Part shown: in pieces, positions 1 to 52,100 of the stretch | Layout: each line of letters opens with the position of its first letter | Numbering within the stretch: the first letter of the stretch is position 1 | From: Podarcis melisellensis | Taxonomy: Eukaryota | DNA: 64,000 bases | Strand: one strand, 5' to 3' | Assembly (NCBI GenBank): GCA_964234715.1 | Contig: OZ174280.1 | Translations under genes and position numbers: made by a program | The notes under the pieces: generated by a model | What the model saw: only the letters and a program-made list of their open reading frames with translations | Told to the model about the DNA's origin: nothing | Database searches by the model: none

Positions 1-2225
1 GAGCATTAGCTAGATTTTGTATTGCAGATATATCAAGAGAAGCATGGTCAGCACAACTCCCTGTGTCATTATCCTCCATAGTTTGGATTGGTTTCCCTCT
101 GTTTCGCTCTCTCTGTGTGCTTTGTGATGAGAGGAGGGGAAGGTGTGATGGAGAGGGGAAATAAAAGCACATGGTCTACTGGGCCATATTCATTGCTCTG
201 GCATGATGCAACCTGTGCTTATTTCTAGACTCTGCCTTCATTACGTATGCTCTTAGCAAAAGTGCTTGAAAGTCCGGGCTCTCTCTCCGTACTTCCACTA
301 CCCATTTCTTTGATGAAGTCAGAAATGGCTTCCTACAGGCACTTTCAGGATAGCGCTAATGCTCTTACAGAAGAGCTAATGGTCTCTCTCAAGCTGAGTA
401 GCAAGAAAAAGCATTTGCTGATTGAGTCTGATAGGCTCAGGCTTTTCTCCAATTACTTGGGCTTTCTATCCATGTCAATTAGGTACTTAACTTTGAAATT
501 GTTCTAGACTGTGCTTCTCTGCTTCCTAAGTTTCTAGTTCTCATCAGCTGCAGAATGAAACAGGGAAATGAGCAGCTTATGTTGATAACAAGAGTCCCCA
601 AGTTATCCTATCTGTTCTGACTAATGCAAGAAAACCCTCTGATCTGACTGGAAAGCAAAGGAAGGGAGACGTCCTCCATGGTAGATCATGAAACAGTGAG
701 CCGAAGCTCTTAATAAACTCACTCACAACTCAGGCTGTTCATTACTGGTGGGCAGTTGCTAGGCACAGCGCTGTACTAGCCGCATGTGAGAAAGAATCTG
801 ATCTCTGTTTTTAGCAAGGATAGTTTTAGGATGCATTCTGCTGTCAAAAACAAGATTAGGACAGAGTGTGGGCTGACGGGGAAATAAGAGGACAGAATCC
901 TCTCTGTGGGGAATCTTCCTGGATCAGACATTTCTATGTAGCTAGGCTGCCAAGGAGGTGGGGAAGGGGGAAAGCTCCTTCTTGGCCTCAGGGCTGTGGC
1001 TTTCACTCTTAAGACTAGAGCCCATTTGTGCTTTGGATGCCAGCCCAATTGGTTCCCCTCTCTATAAATGTTGGCTTTTGCTGATGGAGCTAAACAGCCA
1101 GGCCATTGTGTGTGTGTCGGGGCCACTGGAGAAACTGCCCGAGTGGTGTTTTGTATAGTGTGTCAGTGTGTGTTCCCTTTTTGGGTTGTCTCATTCCCTC
1201 CTCCTGCTGCTGAGACTCGGTTGTCATGGCAATCATGTCATGGGGGCTGCTGCTTTTCCATCCTGGAGGCACAGAAAGGCTCATATGTAGCCTACCCAAG
1301 GGAGCAGCCCCACCGTTTCTGAACATCCTTTGCAAAGTGGACGTGGGCTTGCTGGAACATGGTAAACCTCTTGCTAGAGGTTGCAGTCTTGTGACTGTCA
1401 GTGTCAGACATACCCGATGTCACCACACTCATGGGCTTGGCTAGAGCCCCAGATGGCAATGTATGCCTCTTCCACAAAGCATCAGATCTGGTGTTCTTGG
1501 CAACTTACCTGGCTCTGAGGAGAGGAGGCTGAACACAGGTTTGCACAAATAGCATCTCACTGAAGAAAGTTTCCATGCCTCTCACCCAGTTTTCAAAGAG
1601 TGTCTCTGTTGGTGGAAATACCAAAATGAAAATTTGCCATTATATAATAATAATAATGGAAATCAAGCTTCTTTAGAAATAAAAAAAAACTATTCGGAAC
1701 AGAGGAAGTGGCTTGTTAGCATCAGCAATTTCAAGAGATGATAGATGATACATCGCTTGATGATTTGGGTGCTAAAAGGTCAAAAAAGCAATTGCTGCCA
1801 GTGCGGCTCATCTGGGTTTTGGTTTCATGCATTCTAGTTTTATAGGTCAGGAATATGACATTGCCAAGAATTCTTCTCTGGTGAAGCAGACAGTGCTTCT
1901 GCCTAACAACCATATACTATGTGTTTATTTTCTTTGTACACAGTTACAAGACTGCATGAAGGGTGAGCTGATAATTGCAGGACTCAAAAGTTTAGAGTGA
2001 CACTAAATTGGTGGTGCTCCACCCCATGGAGTAGCACACACTTCCAGTGATGGGACGCTATCCATTATCATTTGCCCCCTCACTCCAAGCAGCTGCTTAT
2101 TTGTCAGTCAGGTGCCTACCTTTGCCAATGTGAGGTTGCTTTTTGAAGTTGGGCTTGGATAACTTCAGTTGCTGTGGGCCAGGCAACAAGCTTAGTGCAA
2201 AGCTTTCCTCACTTGATCTTCATGG

Positions 2226-2372
2226 AAGTGTTGTAGCTCAGTGGTAGAGCACCTGCTTAGCATGCAGAGGGTCCCAGGTTCAATCCCTGGCGTCTCCAAC
2301 TAGGGCTGGGAAAGGCTCCTGCCCAAAATCCTTGAGGGCCACTGTCAGTCACAGTCAGTCACCTTCCTATGA
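2226..2372 (+). mobile_element. tRNA(Ala-like)-derived SINE (Squam2-like)
   Basis: GTAGCTCAGTGGTAGAGC...GGTTCAATCCCTGGC head followed by TAGGGCTGGGAAAG body; related copies near 11943, 17918 (-), 32620 and 58411. Confidence 0.72.
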
Positions 2373-4846
2373 CAATGAGATACTTCTCTAATTCTGGCCT
2401 TTTCTAATTCCTATTGGCTGCTAAGAAGTGGATTTTGAAGTATTTGGAAGACACCGTTTGGGGTTTTGTGTCAGACCCTGAAGCTGAGAGAGCTGTCTGC
2501 ATGTACATGACTGAGACTGGGTTGAGGCTGAGGCCCCAACACCCTCTTGTGGGCAATGCTTAGAAGACCCTTAAATCCCACCACATCTCCTCACCATTTC
2601 TTAATGAAGAGGTAATGGCAGATGGCTCCACAGCAAGGGTGTTAAAGCAAGTCCTGGCGTGACCCTCGTTTTTGTCTAATACTTCCAGCCCACATGCAGC
2701 AGGGTTAAGCTAGCCAGTTGGTGAAATACCAGTTTATTTCCCCCTCCTGCTAGGAAAAAGGGACAGCAGCTTGGCCAAAGGGCTTGGAGTGGAATGAGCC
2801 GTCAATGGGTCTTTTCTAATGCGGATTTGTGAGGTCCTTGTATTGGATGAATAAAGCCTTTTGTGCCTGTGGCGCTCTTGTGTTCACCAAGCTATGACAT
2901 AACAGCTCAGAAGGGTGACACCTGCCAGGTCATGTTAGTGCTATTACCAGTCACCTTGTGACTCGTTAAGCCTGGGTTACATGGAGTAATAGCTTAGCTG
3001 CTTCCATCTCTCTAATGCAAAGCTGCCAGTTCTTCTAGGTGCAGGTGGTGTAGGGTGGTGAACGCTCTGGGATGGCGGGGTGGGTTAAGGTAGAGGGGGG
3101 GCATTAAACAGCCTTTTGAGACAGCCTGATCCTACTGGATATGTTCCCCACCCTCAGAGCCTAAGCCGGCCTTCACCAACCTGCTGCCCTTTGACTCTAA
3201 GGCATTATTGATTTTATGATTAACAGCCCATCATGGAGATGATTTCCTAGCAGCTGCAGCCTTCCTAGTGAACAGCTTGAAAGACCACAACCTGTTGAAT
3301 TAGATTCATTTTGTCAAAGGTCTTTTGGATCCCCAGCAGGACTTTCTGACATTATTTTATCTTGGCACAGTAGGCCTCACCCCGATCTGGCACCCCACCC
3401 TATTCCATATCACAAATGGATTGTGAAACTCCCTTGAATTTTGTAAGTGGCTTCTGTTTGGTGCTAGCTTTTGAAGTTCCAGGAAACAAAAGTCCAGAGC
3501 CCTTGGTTCTGAGCACGAACACCGCATGGTCAAAGCTGAGCAGGATCTGTACAAGTAGCAGATGTAGGAAGGAGCTGCTTTGTTCCCTTTTGGGCATCAG
3601 AATGCAAGGCAGTTTTTGTTGTCTCGTTTCCTTTTGCTCTCACGAGTGCCATGGACAGGATGGGATGGTTAAATTCTCCCCTCTTTCCCACACCCCCTTT
3701 CCTGGCGTCCATGATAGAAAATACTGATTTCCCCTTCCCTGAGATAACACATGAATCACTGTATCTATCTCGTCTACATTTTGATCTTTGCATAGAAGTG
3801 TAACAGATGCACCTCCTGCATTTCAAGGCCTTTAACCCTTCTGTTAAAAATTCCTCCTTTCTGCATGCACCTCTTCTGTGTATACACTTGTGTGCAGCTA
3901 TATATAACATGTCAACTGAGATTAACGTTTCATGTCTCTAGTAGCCTCTGAAAGCTGATAAGTCTTTCAGGTTCTACAGGACTCTGTTTTGGTTTTTTAA
4001 AAAAATTAGCAAATTGGCTAGTCCACATTACTAACATAGTGCCACGCTTATATATGGCACTTTGTTAACTGATTTGAGGTTTGTTTTGTTTTGCACAGAA
4101 ATTAGTCAATACATTCTCTATTTTTAGATCTTATAGTGATTTATCTGAAATTGTTCAATTATGGTTGTGTACTTTTTGATATGTTTTCCTTATTGTTTAT
4201 GACTACTTTTGTTTGTAATCATGTAAATCATTTCACGTTGTTAGCCACCTTGAGCATGGTTTTAACTATGGAAAGGCAGCATGCAGATTAAACTACAAAT
4301 ATGCATATATTTCAGAATTTGTATACCAGGGATGCACTATGAGAATCTGTTTACTTGGATTCAACCAATATTAAACTTGGTGTCTTGGCTAATACTCCAA
4401 ATCCTCTGTGGTGTTTGTGCCCTGGAATAGCTACTGGATGTGACATCTCCCTCCCTAATGAATTCTTTAGTGTAGCTGCAGAATTGGTTGATGCACATAC
4501 CTCTTGTTGCCTGGACGGAGAGAGTTGTGTGTCTGACCACACCCAGTTTTGTCACTCATACCACTGATATGCAGCCTCAGGAAGGTTGCCCATGAAGGAG
4601 TTGTTATTATTATCATTATCATTGTTATTTACCTGTCAGTGTCACCTTGACAGGTGGGTGACAATAATTAAAGCACAGTGTTTAAAACAACCTCCAATCA
4701 AAGAAAGCAGATGGGTCCTAAGTATATACATCTCAGGTGTCAACAACCAGGGTTTATCAGACTTATGGCTGATAAGTGTTCCCCATCCCTGGCTTGCGAA
4801 ATAAAGGGAACTTGTCCTCACTCCTCCCCCTCCATTTTCTCTCCAG

Positions 4847-43889
<39,043 letters not shown>

Positions 43890-46800
43890 ATAGAACCTGG
43901 GGGACTCCCTGGACAAGGTGACTGTGGTGGAGGTCACGAGAAGACAAGATGTGGCGCTCTTGTTGAGCCTGGCTTGCAAGGGTAGGACGTGCTTAGCTTC
44001 CCACCAGAATCTCACACACTCAGGGCTTCAGGAAAAGATGGCACTCTGGCTTTTTGGTACCATGTGCCCCAGTGAGTGAGTTGGTTGGATGGTGCGAGGG
44101 AGCCTTCTTTCCTTTCCAGTTTCCATGCTCCATGTCTCTTTGCTTGGTAGGATTTTGCAATGACACTGAACTGTGAAACTCCCACCATGGCATTGCCAGC
44201 CAAGGAGGAAGGTCAAGCTGAGGCATTTGAGAGCATTTCTCCCATCAGAATCCACATGCCACCCAAACAGGCACACCCCCCCCCCCGGCTATGTGAGAAG
44301 CTCTGCAAAATAGGTGGTTTTAGGTGTTCATAGACCAAGGAGGTTTATCAAGGAAAGGTGCAAGAAACCTCATTCCTCACTCCATCACGCCTGAGCAATC
44401 CATACCCATCGACTCCTATGGCCGCCCTGTGCCCTGCTTATGGCATTCCTTCAGAGCTTAACAGTGAAACTGACCAGAGGAAATCTAAATATGCCAGCTG
44501 CTTCCTGGATGTGTTTCCTGCATAGCTGATTGTTGTGTTTTAGAGGGTATTTCTTGTTCTAGTTAGATCTTTCATGAGTGTTAATGCGCTGGCTTCCTTT
44601 CTCATATTTCCACCACTGATGGGCTGTGTGTATGTGTGTGTGTGTGATTTTATGAAGGGGGGAAGGGTGGGTGGCAAAGTTAGCCACCTTTTTTTAAATG
44701 TTAAGCACATGTGATATTTCTGAGTTTTCACTCCAAAAGTAGAATCGCCAAAGGTTTTCATTTTCAAATGCTTAGAGCCCTACCAAGAGAACATAAAAAA
44801 GAAAAATCTCTACTGTATAAGTGAGGCCTGTCAAATGGGTGATGGATAATATGGGATTTGGATTGTCACTTTTTCTTCAACTGTGGAATCAAGATTTCTG
44901 TTAGTTTGGAAGAATGGTTGCTTTCTGTGTTCCAGCTTCAGACTTGAAATTGTAATGCTGGTCCCTTTTTTCATAGTGCTAGATATCCCAGGAGGGGGAA
45001 AAAAAGATGTGAGCTACTGGAATATGTTTTTGGATTCTCCCTGGGAAAGTCTTCAGAGGCAGCCTGGGGGAAAACATGCATTATTTCAATCTGTGAAGCT
45101 GTTTACGTTGTCCTGTTCCAATACGAGAAAATAATAATGGCAACAGAAACTGACTCTCTCCCCTCAGGTGGAGAAAGGACCCTTTTAAGTATTGGAACAG
45201 AAATGTGTGAGTTTTTTCTTTAGATTTTTAACAGGGTAAGAAACACTTGAACAAGCGTGTGGTGATGCGTTCCTGTATTCACATTTCCCCAGATGTGGGA
45301 TGAGGAGACTTGCCCTCTTAGTCTTGCCCCATCACCTGTTTACTTACACCTGCTTGGCATCCGTTCATGTCAATACTCATGTCTTTATAATAGACTCTGC
45401 AACGAATAAGCAGGAGAAGCTTCTCTCTCTGTGCTTCAATCAACTTGAATTTTCACTGGTGGAGTTTCAACCCACTTAAGTGTTCTCATGGACCCTGTGT
45501 GAGCATCACTTTGCAAGAGATGAAGCTTTCTGTTTGTGTGTAACACAGCAGGGCTGTCCCAGCCCTCACTGGAGAGTCACAGAGCACTCCTCAAAACCTT
45601 CGTTTCCTCACTTGGTTGTTAATATGTGGTATAAATGGACTTTTGACATGCATTGTGCTCTCCTGACCAAGGACCAAGTCCATGCCTCAACCAGCAGACT
45701 TGGGGTAAGCAGCACACTGGTGGACCATTCCACAGCTCTGCCCCCTGGTTTATAGGAGTCTTCTGCTCTAATAAACTGGGTTTGGGTGTGAACTTCATCC
45801 ACTCCATGCAGTGAAGCTGCAGATTCTTCCATTGGGAGTAGGTTGTTGTACTGTAATTCTGTATGGGTGTTCAAAAGGTTCTGTGTATTGTCTTGTGCAT
45901 TCTTTGGGGCTGGGGGAGCAGGGGGGAGAGGGTTGTGTGTATGTGCACGCGCATGAGTGAAATTTTAAAAGGGTGAGGGCTTGTTTTGAGTTAACCTACC
46001 TCATGGTCCAAGGTGTCTAGTTCTACTCTTCGAGGGTTTTTTATGTTAATAAAACTTGAATTAGTCTGGGGAACGCACATTACCACTGACCCCTAAGTCC
46101 CAAAAGTGAGATGAAGGCAAGGCGAAAGCAAGTGTGCTTTGCCTTCGCTGTTGACTGATTTACATTCAAGCTCACAGCTTGTACTGTGTCCACCAGCAGC
46201 ACCAATTTTAATAAGCTCTTCTTAAATGTTAAGACTGATATTTATTGAATCATTTGCGGTCTTCTCGTGACTTAGCATTCTCCGCTGAGAATAACAGAGA
46301 GGTCCAAGTGATTCAAGCCTTGGAAGAGGGACCATCTTCCATCGGTAATGAAATCAGCACAATCCTCACGCCTTCACATGGCTACATGAGCTATCTTGTC
46401 CGATATTTTCAGAAGCTTGTAGTCCACCTGTGAATGTAGTTGCCTGTAAAAAAAATATATTCTAGGAATACATTGTGAATTAGCTGCACACAGTTCACCT
46501 AAAACTTCCTCCATTCTTCCTTGGAGGAAGTCTGTTTAGTACAAGAAATATGAAATGTCTTGTAAAGTATTACTTGATATACCTGAAAGCACTGTGCCAG
46601 ACAGCACTCTGCTTAACTGTTAAATTATTGACCATATTGCCATATAGTCCCATGTGCCTCAGTGCTATTGCTAGCTTTTTAGGTATGGGATTATATTTTC
46701 TCATATTGAAGAAGCTACCCCCTTCTCTTTATTTTTTAATAGTCCTGATCCAAGCAACATGACAAAGTGCAAAACCCTGCAAATGAAATTGGGTGCAAAC

Positions 46801-47422
46801 CAGGAGAGCCATTTTACCTCCTATGAACAGTTACGTGAAGCACAAGGTGGGAAGGGTCAGAATCAGCAAGCTGAAAACATCGTCTACTTTGAGTAGCCCT
46901 TGGGAGTAAATGTGCATGTTCATTAAGAGGACACTGTCATTAACGAGACTCAAAAGTGGGTTTGCACAACCTGCTTGATTCATCTAGCAGCCCTGGGAAA
47001 ATCTCTGCCAGGTTCTCCTGGTGTTCTTAAGGCTTTGCTCCTGGTGGTAGGATAGCATGCACCATCCCTGCATTCCAAGAAAGGAGCTGGGGTGAAAGAC
47101 GCCCCCTAAAGTGCATCAACACCATAGGCCCGTTTGCTCCACCTCTTGGTTTATGTATACATATATAATCATGTTTCAATTGACAGGTGCCTTTTCTTGC
47201 CCTGAAAGGTGTTTTCTCCCCCTCAAGGCTGGCGTGTGTGTTCAGGGCTTCTTTGGGGGTTTTGTACCATCCGGCAAAATGGTCACACGTATGTATGTGT
47301 GTGTGCGTGCGTGTGTACATGATAAGGTGTGTAATTATTTTATACCGCTATGTAAATAGTGTAAGTTATTTAAAGCTCCCGCTGTACATGGTTTTCCAAT
47401 GAATGTGTTTGTTCCTCCTCTT

Positions 47423-47432
47423 AATAAATAAA
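47423..47432 (+). terminator. Probable distal polyadenylation signal of KIF21B (overlapping AATAAATAAA)
   Basis: Ends a ~3.5 kb repeat-poor 3'UTR-like region; preceded by TGTA motifs including Pumilio-type TGTAAATA at 47351-47358. Confidence 0.6.
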
Positions 47433-49007
47433 CATCAAAAACAAGATCTGAGAATAATTCTTTTTAATAAAAATAAAACAGGCCATTAAGTGTAAGTTCA
47501 AAAGGCTCTTTCAGTGGTACGAAGATTGATCTGATGAGGAAATGGATATTGATATAGGTATGAGCAAGTGGCTCTGATCTAGGAAGTTAAAAGCAAACAA
47601 ACCCAGAAGCAACGAGCCTGGCCAGAATTTAAGTGTCATCTGATAACTGTATCTTCATGACCTGGCTTTTTGGGGCAACAACAAAACATTGTTTTTGACT
47701 GTTTCTAAAGAAGTAATTAAAGCAGAGGCAATTCCCAAATGATGACTTGCAAGGATTAGAACACACAAGGACTCGGAAAAAGCATCCTATTCAAAATAAA
47801 AATGTTCAGGTAGATTTAACACTGTTTTGAGCTGAGTCCAGGTAACTTTCATAGTTGCACATCATACATATTCCCTCTCCCTCCACTGGCAAACCTTGTA
47901 CAAATAAGTTAATATTAAGAACAATGTTGGTTGCAAATACCACACACACTTGATCATCATGATACCATAATTAGTGCTTTAACATCCCTAGGTTACCCCA
48001 GAAGCAAAGACCAGTATTAAAGAGAGACGGGTACTTAGAAAAGACCCCATAGTAAGTAGTAGAGGTTAAGCAAAATATCTTGTCTTTGTCCAGTTTAGGA
48101 TTGCAAGACAAATTAAATACAAACCTGGCATCCGGAGAATCTGCTTTTCTTTTTCAAAACTGGCATTTCCAGTCTTAAAAGCACAAAGGCTTATGCCCAT
48201 TTTTCTTTGCCATGACTTGTAAGTCGAAAAGGTTCTGGGCTGAGACCAAACAGAGTCACTCTCAGTTCCTTGTAACATGCTTGTATAATGAGAAACCCCT
48301 TCCATGAAGTGATGGGTTTCATACAAAGATAGGGCTCCTTTTAAGAATTGTTGTGATGTAGATACAGAACCAAGAACATGGCAAATGCTGTGAAAAGCAG
48401 TTGTGAAAGGAGAACAATAGGGAAAGGGCATGTACACCAAACTACACTTGGGGAAGCTTGCTTGCCTCCATTGCCTGTTTGCTACATCACACTACTTTAT
48501 GCAAGAATAAAGAAGACAACAGAGGCTCCACATCTAGCACATGTGAGGGCAGGCAGATTCTGCTTCCGTGGGGGAAAGAAAATTCATGTAGTCAGGCTTG
48601 GCTCTTTTCTGAAAAGCTATAAAAAGTTCTCAAGTTCTTGCTTTCATAACCTACAGCCGGCTCCCAAGATCTTTCCACCACAGACAGACGTGAATAAATA
48701 GGCAGACAAGCAAACACTAGTTAAGAGGGGTGAGGGATCTTGCTGTACCCAGCTGTCTGTTGCAGTAGTCTATTGCATCAGTTCATCATAGGAACCAAGG
48801 AAGAGACTGAGCTATATAGTCTCACATAGGTTGCAGAATAGCCCCTAAAGTGTTCTCTTTAATAAAGCAGGATCAGATGGTCGAAGAACACACCAAAGTT
48901 TGACACAAGCCTTGTCTTTCCAACCTGGAATGGGGAGACAGGTCGGTCTAGGCAGCCAGCCTGCTGACATTGCCGAATTGCAGGAAGTCACGGTGATTCA
49001 GCAGTCT

Positions 49008-49100
49008 CTACACCTGAGTAATGATTTCTCCATTTTCTGGCACGTAGACCTGCACAGGGGCTCCCTCAGGAGACCGTTTCAGGATATGGACACGGGGAAC
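49008..49100 (-). CDS. INAVA: INAVA last coding exon (VPRVHILKRSPEGAPVQVYVPENGEIITQV*)
   Basis: ttccag|GTT...TAG. Confidence 0.92.
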   Translation of the reverse strand, partial: VPRVHILKRSPEGAPVQVYVPENGEIITQV

Positions 49101-52100
49101 CTGGAAGGTTAAAAAAAGGAGCCTTTTAATGGAACTGTCACACCAGCATATCTCCCCAGCAGCAGCAACCCCACCACCACCAAATACAATTTCCTTCATC
49201 AAACATAAAAGCATTTGTTTCAGCTGATGGTCACTTCCTATCTTGATTGCCTCAGGAAAATGTGACCCATTATGTTTCTCCATGCCTATAAAATCAATTC
49301 CTCCCCCACCATTAAGCGCAGTGTTAAAATAAAGTTTCCAGGGCGATCTTTCCATTCAGTGCCATTAAATTAAGTGTCTTTAAAATGCTGTGATGCTTTC
49401 CAGCCATGATTACCATTCATGCTTTCACCTTTGGGGGTTGGACTAGAGGACCCACCACATAGAGAGTCATGGAAAGGTGGTGCTCTGGCACTTTTCAACA
49501 GGGCTGCGGCACCTGTGGCCCTTCCAAAGAGGCTGGGACTCCCAGCAGCCCCAGCTGGCATGGCCAATGATCAGAGATGATGGGCCTTGTAGTCCAGCAA
49601 CAAATGGAAGACCACAAGCTCCCCATCCCTGCTGTAAAACAACTAGGTGTCTAGAGCATCCTAAAGAATACACGGAAAAAGCTGAGCCCCTGCAGGCAAA
49701 TAAACAGAGCTTGCCATAGCTTTATGCATTAACAGGCTCTTAAAAGTAGCAATATTGGCATAAGATGGTCTAACTGACTACAAAGCAGCTTCTTATATTT
49801 ATATTGCCATGCATGGGTGCAAAACCAAAACAGCTTCTAACTATTAATCAACGTGAAGCTTCCACGGTTTCTACCCATTATTCACAGGCATGTCCAGAGG
49901 AGAACCCACTTGGCGAACTTGAGAGTGTGAGCTCACTCTCAGAGGGGTGGCTATTTTAGTCTGTTGCAGCAAACTGGCATCTTAAAGACTTAATAAAGTA
50001 ATGAGCTTTTGTGGACTGGAGTCTATTTCAACTGATGCTTATACAAGAAGATTGTCCTCATGGCTCCTCCTTTGAGGTGAGTAAAAGCTCCCCTATCTAT
50101 TGAATGGGGACCACAGATTTAAATGAACTGGCCAAAGGAGGTTTGGAAACAGCGTAACTGGCCTCTAGGACTCACAAATAAAACTACCTGAAAATGCACA
50201 TGTGCCCCAACTGATGGGCATAGAATTGCCAGGGATTTATTTGATGCTGCATTGTTGGGTGGTTTCCTTGTGCTGAAGATGGATTAGACAAACACGTAAC
50301 GTGCAATCTATGGTCGCTGTCTTCTCTTGCTCATGCGAATGCTTCCTAGCACAGCAAAGAGTTGTCTGATTAAAATTTCACAGCTCTGTTTCCAGGTGAG
50401 GGGAGGCACTCATTGAAGAGGATGGTAGGAATCCAAGGGCAAGCTCTTGCTCGCATGGTTGTGGGCTTCTGCCCTGTGCTGCAGGCGAGGGAGATGCCCA
50501 AGGAGGAGAGAACTGTGCTTCATTGTGCAACGGTTTTGCACATCGAAAGAACATAATTCTCCAAGCGGACACCCCCCCCCACGCCACCAGGATTCATATC
50601 TTTCAGAATTCCTCTCACTGACTATGTTTCTCAAGGAACAGCATGCAGAGTTGCCAGAAGGCAATGCCGTTCTCACCAACCATCAGAACAAAGGAGCAGC
50701 AACATAACCTTTTCCTATCTAACAAACTGCCCAACAAGCATACAGGTAAAAAATACAGTAAAGGACCCATGGACAGTTAAGTCCAGTCAAAGGCGACTAT
50801 GGGTTTCGGCGCTCATCTCATTTTCAAAACCAAGAACTAGAGCAAGCTTAAGGACTACTGGACTTTACTGAGGTTCAAGGAAGTGGATACTACTTAATGT
50901 GTTGTATTCAGTGCTAGTCCTACTTAGTGTTGACCTACCGCCATTAAGGAGCCTGTTAGTCTTGTCCAGTAACTTCAATGGGTCTACTCCTGAGTAGGAT
51001 TAACACTGGATACAACTCTATTATTTTTTAAATTACCTGGGCAGAGAACTTGGAAATTTCCCCTCTGCCACAAACATGAGTCAACTCTTATAGGCTCTGA
51101 GCCAGAAGACTCCTCTTCATGAGTAATTTGGAACACTCAAACAGCTCTCAGAGCAAACAAACATCTGAAACTGGGGTGGTGATTTTAAGCAGCTGAACAG
51201 CCCTTGGGAAAAGGCTTAGGCACCCCTCCCATGATCTACCGTTCTCAAGTCCCTATCCCAATCCGTCCCAAAGCACTATCTTATTACTTTAAATTGAATT
51301 TGTGGTAGCGTTGCATGCATTTGTGTTTAACTTCTAATTAGTCGTAGGGCTGTGCCAAATGTCTGTTCCAAAGCATAGTGCTTTCAGTGGACCTGTAAAT
51401 GCACTTTTAAAATAATAATAAAGCTTTTCACAACATTGCTAGAAAATAGCACAAAAGAAGCAGCCAAACCCACTAGCTGTGTATGTCTCTCCAGTCCTTC
51501 CCCCCCCCAAGCCCATGAGCTGTAAAAAGGCCCAGCAGTGCAGTGCGCCTTTGCGAGGCGACAGCAGTCTGTGGGATCTGTTTTTCCCTGAGCCCGTGGA
51601 TGGCTCTCCAACTCACGGAGAGCTGGCCATGTCTCTTGGTTGCCATGAACGAATACTGCTTCCACCAACACACATTCTGGTGGTGTGCCAAAATAGCAGC
51701 TTTTGCCCACGAATATGTAAGACAGTTGACATTTTGGTAGCCATAAAAGGTAAAGGTAAAGGTACCCCTGCCCATACGGGCCAGTCTTGCCAGACTCTGG
51801 GGTTGTGCGCCCATCTCACTCAAGAGGCCAGGGGCCAGCACTGTCCGAAGACACTTCCGGGTCACGTGGCCAGCGTGACATCGCTGCTCTGGCGAGCCAG
51901 AGCCGCACACGGAAACGCCGTTTACCTTCCCGCTAGAAAGCGGTCCCTATTTATCTACTTGCACCCGAGGGTGCTTTCGAACTGCTAGGTTGGCAGGCGC
52001 TGGGACCGAGCAGCGGGAGCGCACCCCGCCGCGGGGATTCGAACCGCCGACCTTTCGATCGGCAAGCCCTAGGCGCTGAGGCTTTAACCCACAGCGCCAC

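Noticed and set aside
2231-2298. tRNA-Ala-like gene
   Set aside because: Acceptor stem is degenerate and it continues into a SINE body found in several copies here; it is a SINE head, not a tRNA gene.
1-4846. KIF21B first exon or promoter
   Set aside because: No CpG island and no exon encoding the expected VKVAVR-type motor start; treated as intron 1.
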